Shown: piece after piece, positions 24,299 to 33,240 of the stretch | Numbering within the stretch: the first letter of the stretch is position 1 | Layout of the letters: every line of letters begins with the position of its first letter | Assembly: GCA_003221045.1 (NCBI GenBank) | Contig: QHUC01000113.1 | Coordinates: 1 to 40,965 of the forward strand | Direction: 5' to 3' | Origin: Gemmatimonadota bacterium | GTDB lineage: Bacteria; Gemmatimonadota; Gemmatimonadetes; Gemmatimonadales; GWC2-71-9 | Length of the DNA: 40,965 nt | Translations under genes and position numbers: made by a program | The notes under the pieces: generated by a model | Database searches by the model: none | Told to the model about the DNA's origin: nothing | Seen by the model: only the letters and a program-made list of their open reading frames with translations

Positions 24299-25828
24299 CT
24301 AGTTCTCTGCGCCGACAATCTGCTTGTAGCTCTTGGGGTTCCACTGCGGGCGCTGGGATGCATTCGCCACGGCCAGGCCCAGGTGGTATACCAGTCGCGC
24401 GAATCGGGCTTCCTTCTCCGCGTCGATCTTGTCGGCGGAATCCGACACCTTGTGATAATCCGGGTGCAGGCCCGTCGTGAAGAAGAGAATCGGGACGCCC
24501 TTCCTCGCGAAGTTGTAGTGGTCGGAGCGGAAGTACAGCCCTTCCTGCGGCCAGAGATCACCCACGGGCTTGATGTTCAGCTCACGGTGCGCCGCTGCCA
24601 CGCTGTCCAGCGTCGTGCCCAGGTTGGAGTGCTCCCGACCGATCACGGCCACCGTGTCCTTCGAGTTCCTTCCGACCATGTCACTATTCAAATCCGCGAC
24701 GACGTCCGCGAGCGGGACCGTGGGATGGTCCGCGAAATACGCGCTTCCCCACAGGCCCCGCTCCTCGCCACTCACCGTCATGAACACGAGCGAGCGTTTG
24801 GGACGCCCGCGGGCGGACGCGAACGCCTGCGCGAGCTCGATCACCGCGACGGTCCCGGAGCCGTCGTCGTCCGCCCCATTGCAGATCGAGTCCGCCCCGC
24901 TGGCGACGCATCCCTCGCCGGCGGCGGGCGTTCCAATGTGGTCCATGTGCGCGGTGAACAGGACGTATTCCTTCTTGAGCACCGGGTCGCTGCCCTCGAG
25001 AATCCCGATGGTGTTTGGGGCCGATGCGTGTTGCAGCAGCTGCTCGTGAACGTCGAGCCGTAGGGACACGCCGGCGAGGGGGTGCGCCGAGAGCGAGCGG
25101 TCGCCCCACGCTCGGAGCGAATCGGGATTCACGCCCCCTTGGGAGAACAATGCTCCGGCGGTGGCCGAGCGAACGACGAACACCGCCGGCGTCGTCACGC
25201 CGCCTCCCTCACTCGGGTTGCGGACGCGCTCACTCACCTTGTGGCCGGGAAGCGTCTGCCAGATGGAATCGGGAAAGCCGGCTACCAGGATCACCGCGAG
25301 CGGGCGGAGCGGCAGGACCTTGCTGGCGACGGCGTTGACCCCGGGCCCATACGCGAGGAAGACGACCTTACCCGTCACCGCGCTCGAATCGAGCGTATCG
25401 CTCGTTTGGGCGGAGCCGGTGACGACTACGGCCGAGGCTGTCACAGTGCCAGCCGGCGGTTGCCCATCCACGAGGAGCACGTCCTGACCGGACCGCCACG
25501 TGCCTGGGGCAGGCCCCGCGATCTGGATTGCGGCGCTCTCCGGGTCGAAGCGGAGGACTTCCAAGGGATAGTGCTGCAGGTATGTGCCGCTGTCGCCGCC
25601 CGGCTTGAGTCCGAAGCGGCGGAACTCACCGGCCACGTAGGCGGCCACCGCGTCGAGCTGAGGGCTCGGGGTCGCCCGACCGAGCATCGAATCGTCCGCG
25701 ATGATGTTGATGCGACGTCGCACGTCCGCGGTCGTGATGGAGGCCGCGCCGCTGGCGGAAGACTGCTGTCGCTGCGCCACAGCCAATCCAGGAAGGACCG
25801 CAAGGAGCAGTATCAAGTGCGACCGCAT
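24299..25828 (-). CDS. M28 family aminopeptidase with PA domain (secreted)
   Basis: Start at the internal ATG 25828 (MRSHLILLLAVLPGLAVAQ is a signal peptide). Contains FTAHMDHIG, NGADDDGSGTVAVIELA and SGEERGLWGS. Confidence 0.85.
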   Translation of the reverse strand: MRSHLILLLAVLPGLAVAQRQQSSASGAASITTADVRRRINIIADDSMLGRATPSPQLDAVAAYVAGEFRRFGLKPGGDSGTYLQHYPLEVLRFDPESAAIQIAGPAPGTWRSGQDVLLVDGQPPAGTVTASAVVVTGSAQTSDTLDSSAVTGKVVFLAYGPGVNAVASKVLPLRPLAVILVAGFPDSIWQTLPGHKVSERVRNPSEGGGVTTPAVFVVRSATAGALFSQGGVNPDSLRAWGDRSLSAHPLAGVSLRLDVHEQLLQHASAPNTIGILEGSDPVLKKEYVLFTAHMDHIGTPAAGEGCVASGADSICNGADDDGSGTVAVIELAQAFASARGRPKRSLVFMTVSGEERGLWGSAYFADHPTVPLADVVADLNSDMVGRNSKDTVAVIGREHSNLGTTLDSVAAAHRELNIKPVGDLWPQEGLYFRSDHYNFARKGVPILFFTTGLHPDYHKVSDSADKIDAEKEARFARLVYHLGLAVANASQRPQWNPKSYKQIVGAEN

Positions 25829-25862
25829 CGTTGTGGCCTCTGACGAAGGTGGAGCGAAAGCT

Positions 25863-25900
25863 AACGCGCCCGACCGGGAGCGACTACGGTCGGGCGCGTT
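25863..25900 (-). terminator. Stem-loop terminator candidate downstream of the DUF4384-like gene
   Basis: A perfect 14-bp stem, aacgcgcccgaccg (25863-25876) with cggtcgggcgcgtt (25887-25900), and a 10-nt loop. Only a weak U-tract (AGCUUUC) follows on the minus strand. TTTCC follows on the plus strand. Confidence 0.55.
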
Positions 25901-25915
25901 TCCTGACACGCTGCA

Positions 25916-27154
25916 TCAGGGCTTGCGTCGCTTGAGCTCGGGCTCGGCGCGCGGCTTTTCCTTGGGCGACTCACGCTTCGGCTCGGCTCGCGGCTCGCTC
26001 CGCGGCGACGGTGTTTCGCGCCGCGGCTCGGCGCGCCGTTCAGGCTCCGCCGGTCGCGCCGGCCGCTCCGGTTGGGCCGGTCGCTCGGGCCGCTCGGGAC
26101 GATCCGGGCGGTCGGGGCGATCGGGGCGATCGGGGCGATCGGGGCGATCGGGGCGATCGGGCCGCTCGGGGCGGTCGGGATTCTGGGGATTGTCTGGGCG
26201 ATCGCGCCGCTCGGGATGCTGCCGTCCCCGGCCGCGGCCGTCGTCATGCCCTTGATCTCCGGTGACGGGCCGCTCGTGGGGGCGCCGGATGTCCGGAGGA
26301 GGAATGACGCCGGTGCCGCCGAGATCTCGTCCCCGCACACCGACGTCGCGGCGGCGATCGTCGTTGACGGGCCGCTCACGAACGCGGGTAATGAAAGCGT
26401 CGGAGCCTTGCCGGTCCCTGAAGATGAACCGGGGCTCGGGTCGAGCCGGGCGCGTGAAGACCACCCGCGTGCCACCGTAATAGCGGTACGGGTAGTAGTA
26501 GGGATCGTCGTAGACGACGATCCGGAAGCGCACGCATGTGTAATCGTACGGGCTCCAGAACGGATAGCTCACGTAGCTGTGGCAGTCATAGCACAGGAAG
26601 CGGGGGTAGTCATAGTGCTGCTGCACGTAATACGGCACGATGTCATAGTCCCAATCGTCGTAGCCGTCCGGCACGATGCGCTGGGCGAGGTCCGTCAGCG
26701 CGACGTACGGGTCACCGCGCACTCGGCCATCCGCGATCGTGCGGTAGTCCCAGTGCTCGTTGCTCTCGAGCGGGTCGTAGACGAAGGGGTCGGCGGAGGC
26801 GACGGCAAAGACGTAGCCGACTCCTGGATAGTCGTCGACATAGAACGCATCTCGATCGGATCCGCCCTGCACCTCGTACTCGCGACCGCCGCGGGCGAAG
26901 TTGTCCTCCCATGGCTCGCGCGGGAACAGGGCGCGAACGCGTCCATCAGTGTCGACTCGCAGGATGGTGACATAGGCGTCCCGGTCGGCGCGGAAATGCA
27001 CGCGCGCACCCTGGCCGCTTTGATACGGGTCGTCGCCCCGATCGGTCCAGACTTCGACGCGGGGGCGATCGGAATCCGTGGCTGGCTGCCCCGCGGTGAG
27101 GGGAGCCGTGCCGGTCACGGACAACAGGCTGAGCAAGCCGAGCGCGGTCAACAT
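25916..27154 (-). CDS. Secreted DUF4384-like protein with a Tyr/Asp/Pro-rich middle region and a highly charged [PDR]n repeat tail
   Basis: Start at the internal ATG 27154, preceded by GGAGG (MLTALGLLSLLSVTGTAP). ARVHFRADRDAYVTILRVDTDGRVRALFP resembles DUF4384. The C-terminal tail reads PDRPERPDRPDRPDRPDRPDRPDRPDRPERPERP... Confidence 0.6.
   Translation of the reverse strand: MLTALGLLSLLSVTGTAPLTAGQPATDSDRPRVEVWTDRGDDPYQSGQGARVHFRADRDAYVTILRVDTDGRVRALFPREPWEDNFARGGREYEVQGGSDRDAFYVDDYPGVGYVFAVASADPFVYDPLESNEHWDYRTIADGRVRGDPYVALTDLAQRIVPDGYDDWDYDIVPYYVQQHYDYPRFLCYDCHSYVSYPFWSPYDYTCVRFRIVVYDDPYYYPYRYYGGTRVVFTRPARPEPRFIFRDRQGSDAFITRVRERPVNDDRRRDVGVRGRDLGGTGVIPPPDIRRPHERPVTGDQGHDDGRGRGRQHPERRDRPDNPQNPDRPERPDRPDRPDRPDRPDRPDRPDRPERPERPAQPERPARPAEPERRAEPRRETPSPRSEPRAEPKRESPKEKPRAEPELKRRKP
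26085..26180. repeat. 9-bp tandem repeat (tcggggcga), 5 perfect copies at 26112-26156 flanked by degenerate copies
   Basis: Read directly: gtcggggcgatcggggcgatcggggcgatcggggcgatcggggcgatcgggccgc. In frame on the minus strand it encodes (DRP)n. Confidence 0.85.
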
Positions 27155-27322
27155 ACGTGCCTCCGGCGGGCGCGAGGAGCAGGCACCATGCCAAGGGGCG
27201 GTCCGGGCGGCTGGCATCCAAGTGACTGTCGATATTGATGTTGCAAGAATCATCTGAGCGCCGCAAACGTCGACCTGTCCTCTACCCGGGACAATCGGCG
27301 GCTCATTAGCTTCCGCGAACCC

Positions 27323-28207
27323 ATGGTCGATACGCAGCGCTTCGATCTCCTCGATCCCGCCGAAGTGGCGCGCTTCGGTGGCATCGAGATCGTGGCTGCG
27401 GGCGTCGTCGAGGGCTTTCTTGCCGGGATCCACCGCTCACCGTTCCGCGGGTTCTCCGTCGAGTTCACGGAGCACCGCGCGTATCAGCCAGGTGACGAGC
27501 TCCGCTACCTCGACTGGAAGATCCTGGCTCGAGCGGACCGGCTGTTCGTCAAGCAGTTCGAGGAAGAGACCAACCTGCGGGCGATGATTCTGGTGGACGT
27601 CAGTCGCTCGATGGCGTGGCGTGGCGCGCCGGCCCGGCTCACCAAGCGGGCGTACGCCGACCGGATCGCCGCCGCCCTCGCCCTGATCCTGTTGCGGCAG
27701 CGGGACGCAACGGGACTGATCACGTTCGACGATGCGGTGCGGGAGGTCGTCCCCGCCCGGGTGAAGGCGGGTCAATGGGCCCGCGTCGTGCGAGGCCTGG
27801 TCCAGACCCCGGACGGGATGCGCACGGCGGCGCAGGCGGCGCTGGTGCACGTCACATCACTCCTGGCGCGCCGCGGCCTCGTGGTGCTGATCTCCGACCT
27901 CCTGTTCGATCGTGAGCTCGCGCTTACGGCGCTCCGCTATCTGCGCCATCGCGGTCATCACGTGATCGTGCTGCACCTGATGGACCCCGCGGAGGCGGAG
28001 CTGTCCGGCCCTCCGGAAGTGCGGTTCCGGGACCCCGAGTCGGCGGCGAGCGTGGTGGTTCGGCCGCGGGAGCTGGCGCGTGCGTACGGCGAGGCCGTCG
28101 GTCGGGAAATCGCCGCCTGGCGGGCGGCGTGCCGTCGACACGGCATCGCCTATCACCATGTGCTGACCGACATGCCGTTCGGCGTGGCGCTTCGGCTGCT
28201 CGCGTGA
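27323..28207 (+). CDS. DUF58 domain protein (vWA-like, MoxR/Bat operon type)
   Basis: Contains GIHRSPFRGFSVEFTEHRAYQPGDELRYLDWK and LVDVSRSM. 294 aa. Confidence 0.85.
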   Translation: MVDTQRFDLLDPAEVARFGGIEIVAAGVVEGFLAGIHRSPFRGFSVEFTEHRAYQPGDELRYLDWKILARADRLFVKQFEEETNLRAMILVDVSRSMAWRGAPARLTKRAYADRIAAALALILLRQRDATGLITFDDAVREVVPARVKAGQWARVVRGLVQTPDGMRTAAQAALVHVTSLLARRGLVVLISDLLFDRELALTALRYLRHRGHHVIVLHLMDPAEAELSGPPEVRFRDPESAASVVVRPRELARAYGEAVGREIAAWRAACRRHGIAYHHVLTDMPFGVALRLLA

Positions 28208-29910
28208 CGTTCCTGCACCCGCTGGTGCTCCTGGGGCTCGCCGCCGCGGCGATTCCCGCCTTGTTGCACTTGCTCGAGCGCCGGGTTCCGCCGGAGGCGG
28301 AGTTTCCTCCGCTGCGATACCTGAGCGAGGCGGAGCGCCAGAGCGCGCGGCGCCTGAAGCTGCGGCACCTGCTGCTCCTCATGCTGCGAACTGCGTTGAT
28401 CGTCCTGATCGTGTTGGCGGCCGCGCGACCACTGCTGCCTTCGCCGGGTAGTGGCGCTCGCCTGGTTCACGAGCCGACGGCCCTCGCGGTGATCCTCGAT
28501 AACTCGCCCTCCTCGGGCGCGGTGATCGATGGGCGTCCGATGCTCGACCGCCTGAAGGCCACGGCGCGCGCGTCGCTCACCCGGGCGAGCGCAGCCGACC
28601 GGCTCTGGCTGGTGCTGGCGGACGGCGGCGCGCGCGGTGGCACGCGCGAAGCGCTGCTCGCGACGGTGGACAGCGTCGGCGTCTCGCCCTTGCGCCTGGA
28701 CCTGACGGCCGCGGTCCGGGCGGCCGCGCGTCTGGTGGACGCGGAGCCGCTCGCGGCGCGCGAAGTCCATGTCGCGAGCGATCTCCAGCGAAGCGCGCTC
28801 GGGCCCGGCCGGGCCGCGGTACCGAGGGGCGTGCGAGTCCTGGCGCTTGCGCCGCTCGAGCGCGTGCCGGAAAACCGGGGCATCGGCGCCGTCCAGGTGA
28901 CGGACGACGCCGTGGCGGTGAGCGTTGTCGGGACTCCGGGTGCGGGAGCTGCCACGGTAACGGTTCGCGTTCAGGGCCGGGAGGTGGGGCGCGCGCTCAC
29001 CGCGCCAGGGTCCGCGGCCACGATTGCGTTGCCGGCGCTCGGGGCGGGCTGGTGGGTGGGCGAAGCGGCGCTCGATCCCGACGAACTCCGCGCCGATGAC
29101 CGCCGTCTGCTGGTCTGGCGCGTCGCGCCGCCGGCGCAAGTCGAGGCGCTGCCAGGTGCGGGCGCGTTCGTCGCAGCGGCGCTCGCGGTGCTCGAGGACG
29201 GACGCAGGGTTCGGCCGGGGACCGAGGTGATCATTGGCGACCGCCCGGCGGCAGGGTCGAAGGCGAGCGTCGTGGTGCCGCCGGCAGACCCGGCGCTCCT
29301 GGGCGAGGTGAACCGGGCGCTCGCGGAGCGCGGAGGTCGATGGCGGTTCGGGCCCGTCGGAACACCGGGACCGATCGCAGGTACGGTCGCGCCAGAGCGT
29401 ACACCGGTTGGACGTCGATATCGACTGGAAGAGATAGGCCAGGACGGGGCGAAGAGTCGAGACAGCACGGTCCTGGCGCGAGTGAACGGCGAGCCATGGC
29501 TTGTGCGGGACGGCTCTGTCTTGCTGATCGGCAGCCGCCTGGACACGGCCTGGACCGCTCTCCCCGCGACGCCGGGGTTCGTGCCCTTTCTGGATGCACT
29601 GGTGAATCGGCTGGCACGCAATGAAGCGCCCGTGATTGACGCGGAAGGCGTGCCGCGCGTCGAGTTCCGGATCCGCGGCGTTGATACCCTGGGCGCGACC
29701 GTGTTCGGACCGGACCCGCGTGAATCCGATCTCACACCCGCCGCACCAGGGCTCGCGCGCGATGTGCTGGGGGCAGAGGTGCTCGACGACGCCTCGTTCG
29801 CGGCGGCGCGCTTCGCCGGTACCGGACGGAGCGACGTGAGCGGTGTCCTGCTCACGGTGGCGCTGTTCCTCGCGCTCGCGGAGCTAGGTGTGGCCACGCT
29901 CACCCGCTGA
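28204..29910 (+). CDS. BatA-like membrane protein (aerotolerance-regulator N-terminal double-TM domain)
   Basis: The GTG at 28204 overlaps the DUF58 stop (GTGA). N-terminus is VTFLHPLVLLGLAAAAIPALLHLLERR. A DxSxS-like motif ILDNSPSSG is present. There is a C-terminal TM helix. Confidence 0.7.
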   Translation: MTFLHPLVLLGLAAAAIPALLHLLERRVPPEAEFPPLRYLSEAERQSARRLKLRHLLLLMLRTALIVLIVLAAARPLLPSPGSGARLVHEPTALAVILDNSPSSGAVIDGRPMLDRLKATARASLTRASAADRLWLVLADGGARGGTREALLATVDSVGVSPLRLDLTAAVRAAARLVDAEPLAAREVHVASDLQRSALGPGRAAVPRGVRVLALAPLERVPENRGIGAVQVTDDAVAVSVVGTPGAGAATVTVRVQGREVGRALTAPGSAATIALPALGAGWWVGEAALDPDELRADDRRLLVWRVAPPAQVEALPGAGAFVAAALAVLEDGRRVRPGTEVIIGDRPAAGSKASVVVPPADPALLGEVNRALAERGGRWRFGPVGTPGPIAGTVAPERTPVGRRYRLEEIGQDGAKSRDSTVLARVNGEPWLVRDGSVLLIGSRLDTAWTALPATPGFVPFLDALVNRLARNEAPVIDAEGVPRVEFRIRGVDTLGATVFGPDPRESDLTPAAPGLARDVLGAEVLDDASFAAARFAGTGRSDVSGVLLTVALFLALAELGVATLTR

Positions 29911-32900
29911 TGGCGCTCGACTTTCTGATCGATCGGATGGCGGAACTCCCCGCCACCGGGGCGTTGGCCGGCGCGCTCCCGGCGGCCGGGGCTGGCGTGA
30001 GCGTCGGCGGGCTGCCGGGCTCGAGTCCTGCGGTGTTGCTCGGCGCGCTGGCGCGTCGGGTCGCACAGCGCGTCTTCGTCGTCCTGACCGCCACACCCAC
30101 GGACGCCGAGCGCTGGCTCGCCGATTTGCAGGCGCTCATCGGCGTCGGCGCCGCCCTGTATCCGCAGCGCGAGGCGCTGGGCGCGGAGGAACCGCACTTC
30201 GAGATCGCGGGTGAGCGGATCGAGACGCTCGAAATGCTGCTCTCGGGTCAGGTCCGGATTCTGGTGACGACGGCGCGCGCGGCGGCCGAGCGCACCGCGG
30301 TGCCGGCCGCGCTGCGAGACATGCGGTTGGTCCTGGCGCGCGGGGAGCGGGGAGCGGGGAGCGGTACCCTCCGTGAAGTCATCCAGCGCCTCGAAGGCAT
30401 GGGTTACAATCGCGTGCCGACGGTGACCGAAGTCGCCGAGTTCAGCGTGCGCGGCGGGATCCTCGATGTGTACGGCTTCGGGATGGCGGCCCCGGCGCGC
30501 CTCGAGTGGTGGGGTGACGACCTCGCGTCGCTGCGGACGTTCGATCTGGACACGCAGCGGTCGGCCGAGGAGATCGAGCGGGTCACGATCCTTCCCGTGA
30601 AGACCGAAGGTTTGGCGACCGCTCAAGCGGCGGTGCAGCCTGCTGCGTCGCTACCAGGGTCACAAAGACAATCGCTCCTGGATCTCTTGCCCACCGACGC
30701 GCTCCTGATTCTCGAGCAGGAAACGGCACTCGGAGGGGAGGTGGATCGGGCGTGGGCCGACGCGGCGCACCACCTCACGATCGCCCGGCGACTCGGCGAG
30801 GAGCCCCCGGCCCGGGAGGCGCTCTTCGTCGAGCCGGACGCGTGGCGCGCGGCGCTCCGCCGGTTTGCGCGGCTCTCGCTCAACTCGGCCGACGCTGCGG
30901 TGCGGTTTCCTATCGCACCACCCGAGGCGGTGGACCGGGATATCAAGCGCCTTCGGCGGATCGTCGCGGGAGAGCCACCGACCGTGATCCTGTGCGACAA
31001 CGAAGGGCAGCTCGAACGGCTGGAGGAGCTGCTCGACGCGCAGCTTGGCACCCTCGTGGTCGGGGCGCTCGACGGCGGCTTCTTGCTGCCTGACCTACGG
31101 GTCCTGACCGATCACGAGATCTTCCGCCGGGCGCGTCGCTTGCGGCGGCCACGCCGCTACCGCGAGGCGCTGGCGACGGCGGCGCAGGCGCTCAAGGTGG
31201 GCGACTACGTGGTGCACCTGGAGCACGGGATCGGCATCTATCGCGGCATCCAGACGATCGCGGTGGGTGCCGACGGCGGCAGCCTCGAGGTGGCGGTCGT
31301 CGAGTACGAAGGGGGAGACCGGCTGAACGTACCGCTGTACCGTCTGGACCAGCTCGAGCCGTATCGGGCCGCCACGAACGGGGACGGCGGGGCGCCCCCC
31401 CAGCCCCCGCGGCTGCACAAGCTCGGCGCCACCACCTGGCAGCGCCAGCGCGACAAGACCCGCGCCGCCATCCGCCAGATGGCGGTGGAGCTGCTCGAGC
31501 TGTACGCGCGGCGCCAGCTCGCGTCCGGCTACGCGTTCCCACCCGATACCCCGTGGCAGCGGGAGCTCGAGTCGGCCTTCCTTTATGAAGACACGCCCGA
31601 CCAGCGGCGCGCCTCCGAAGAGGTGAAGCGCGACATGGAGCGCCCGCGGCCGATGGATCGCTTGCTCGTCGGGGATGTGGGCTACGGCAAGACGGAAGTC
31701 GCCCTCCGCGCGGCGTTCAAGGCGGTGCAGGCTGGGAAGCAAGTGGCGGTGCTCGTTCCCACCACCATTCTCGCCGAGCAGCACGGCCGCACGTTCCGCG
31801 AGCGGTTGGCCGACTATCCCGTGCGCGTGGACGTGCTGTCGCGGTTCCGCAGCCCGAAAGAGGCAAAAGATGCCACCCGCCGGCTCGAGAGCGGCGCCGT
31901 GGATATCGTGATCGGGACGCATCGCCTCCTGTCACGGGACGTGTCGTTTCACGATCTCGGTCTCCTGATCGTCGATGAGGAGCATCGGTTCGGTGTGCGG
32001 CACAAGGAACGGCTCAAGGCGCTGAAGCTCGCGGTCGACGTCCTGACGCTGACGGCGACGCCCATCCCCCGCACGCTCCATCTCTCGCTGGCGGGCCTGC
32101 GGGATCTGACCCTGCTCGAGACGCCGCCCAAGGACCGATCGCCGGTGCTGACGTTCGTCGAGCCGTGGGACGACGGTCTGCTCGAGGAGGGACTTGCGCG
32201 CGAGCTGGATCGGGCGGGGCAGGTGTACTTCGTGCACAACCGCATCGAGACGATCGACACGATCGCGGAGCGGGTGCGGTCGCTCGCCCCGCCGCGGGCT
32301 CGGGTGGCGGTGGCGCACGGCAAGCTGAAGGGCGCGGCGCTCGACGACGTCATGTCGCGGTTCGTGCGCGGCGAGGTGGACATTCTCGTGTCCACGATGA
32401 TCGTCGAATCCGGGCTCGACGTGCCGAACGCGAACACGATGTTCGTGAGCCGCGCGGATCAGTTCGGCCTGGCGCAGCTCTACCAGCTGCGTGGCCGCGT
32501 GGGCCGGAGCCATCGGCGCGCCTACTGCTACCTCCTCGTGCCCGACCAGGTGGACCCCGACGCGGACGAACGGCTGCACGTACTCGAGCATCACACGGAT
32601 CTCGGCTCGGGCTATCGCATCGCGCTGCGGGATCTCGAGCTGCGCGGCGCGGGCGATCTGCTCGGCGCAGCGCAGTCGGGCTTCGCGCAGGCGGTCGGGT
32701 TCGACACCTATCTCCGGTGGCTGCAGGAAACGGTCACCGCGCTCAAACAGGGGAAGCGGGGCGAGGGGAGCCGGACGTTCCCGGCGCCAGAGGTCGTCCT
32801 CGACCAAGCGGCGCACCTGTCGGACGCATATGTGCCCGACGAGGCGGTGAAGCTCGAGCTGTATCGGCGGCTGGCGCGCGCCGCGACCCCTAGCGAGATT

Positions 32901-33230
32901 GAGACCGTTCGCCAGGAGCTGCGCGATCGCTTCGGCCCGCTGCCGGAGGACGCACAGCGTCTGCTCCTCGTCTCCGAGCTTCGAGTGCTCGGCGCCCGCC
33001 TGGGATTGGAGACCGTGCTGGTGAAGGGCGACGAAGCACGGCTCACGTTCGCGCGGGATGCGAACCCCCGTCTCGCCGGGCTGACCGCGGCGCTCGACGC
33101 CGTACAGTTCGAGGCCGACGTTCGGCGCGCGGCGCCCCTTTCCCTGCGACTCCGGCGTGTGGGCGGCGAGGCGATCGGGCCCGGGCTCGTGCGGGCTCTC
33201 GCGGCGGCGGTCGCGGATACTCACCTCTAG
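29910..33230 (+). CDS. mfd: Transcription-repair coupling factor Mfd
   Basis: 1106 aa. CarD-like YVVHLEHGIGIY. Helicase motifs LVGDVGYGKTEVA, IVDEEHRFGV, TATPIPRT, QLRGRVGRS. ATG 29910 overlaps the upstream TGA. Confidence 0.95.
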   Translation: MALDFLIDRMAELPATGALAGALPAAGAGVSVGGLPGSSPAVLLGALARRVAQRVFVVLTATPTDAERWLADLQALIGVGAALYPQREALGAEEPHFEIAGERIETLEMLLSGQVRILVTTARAAAERTAVPAALRDMRLVLARGERGAGSGTLREVIQRLEGMGYNRVPTVTEVAEFSVRGGILDVYGFGMAAPARLEWWGDDLASLRTFDLDTQRSAEEIERVTILPVKTEGLATAQAAVQPAASLPGSQRQSLLDLLPTDALLILEQETALGGEVDRAWADAAHHLTIARRLGEEPPAREALFVEPDAWRAALRRFARLSLNSADAAVRFPIAPPEAVDRDIKRLRRIVAGEPPTVILCDNEGQLERLEELLDAQLGTLVVGALDGGFLLPDLRVLTDHEIFRRARRLRRPRRYREALATAAQALKVGDYVVHLEHGIGIYRGIQTIAVGADGGSLEVAVVEYEGGDRLNVPLYRLDQLEPYRAATNGDGGAPPQPPRLHKLGATTWQRQRDKTRAAIRQMAVELLELYARRQLASGYAFPPDTPWQRELESAFLYEDTPDQRRASEEVKRDMERPRPMDRLLVGDVGYGKTEVALRAAFKAVQAGKQVAVLVPTTILAEQHGRTFRERLADYPVRVDVLSRFRSPKEAKDATRRLESGAVDIVIGTHRLLSRDVSFHDLGLLIVDEEHRFGVRHKERLKALKLAVDVLTLTATPIPRTLHLSLAGLRDLTLLETPPKDRSPVLTFVEPWDDGLLEEGLARELDRAGQVYFVHNRIETIDTIAERVRSLAPPRARVAVAHGKLKGAALDDVMSRFVRGEVDILVSTMIVESGLDVPNANTMFVSRADQFGLAQLYQLRGRVGRSHRRAYCYLLVPDQVDPDADERLHVLEHHTDLGSGYRIALRDLELRGAGDLLGAAQSGFAQAVGFDTYLRWLQETVTALKQGKRGEGSRTFPAPEVVLDQAAHLSDAYVPDEAVKLELYRRLARAATPSEIETVRQELRDRFGPLPEDAQRLLLVSELRVLGARLGLETVLVKGDEARLTFARDANPRLAGLTAALDAVQFEADVRRAAPLSLRLRRVGGEAIGPGLVRALAAAVADTHL

Positions 33231-33240
33231 AGGAGAAGGC

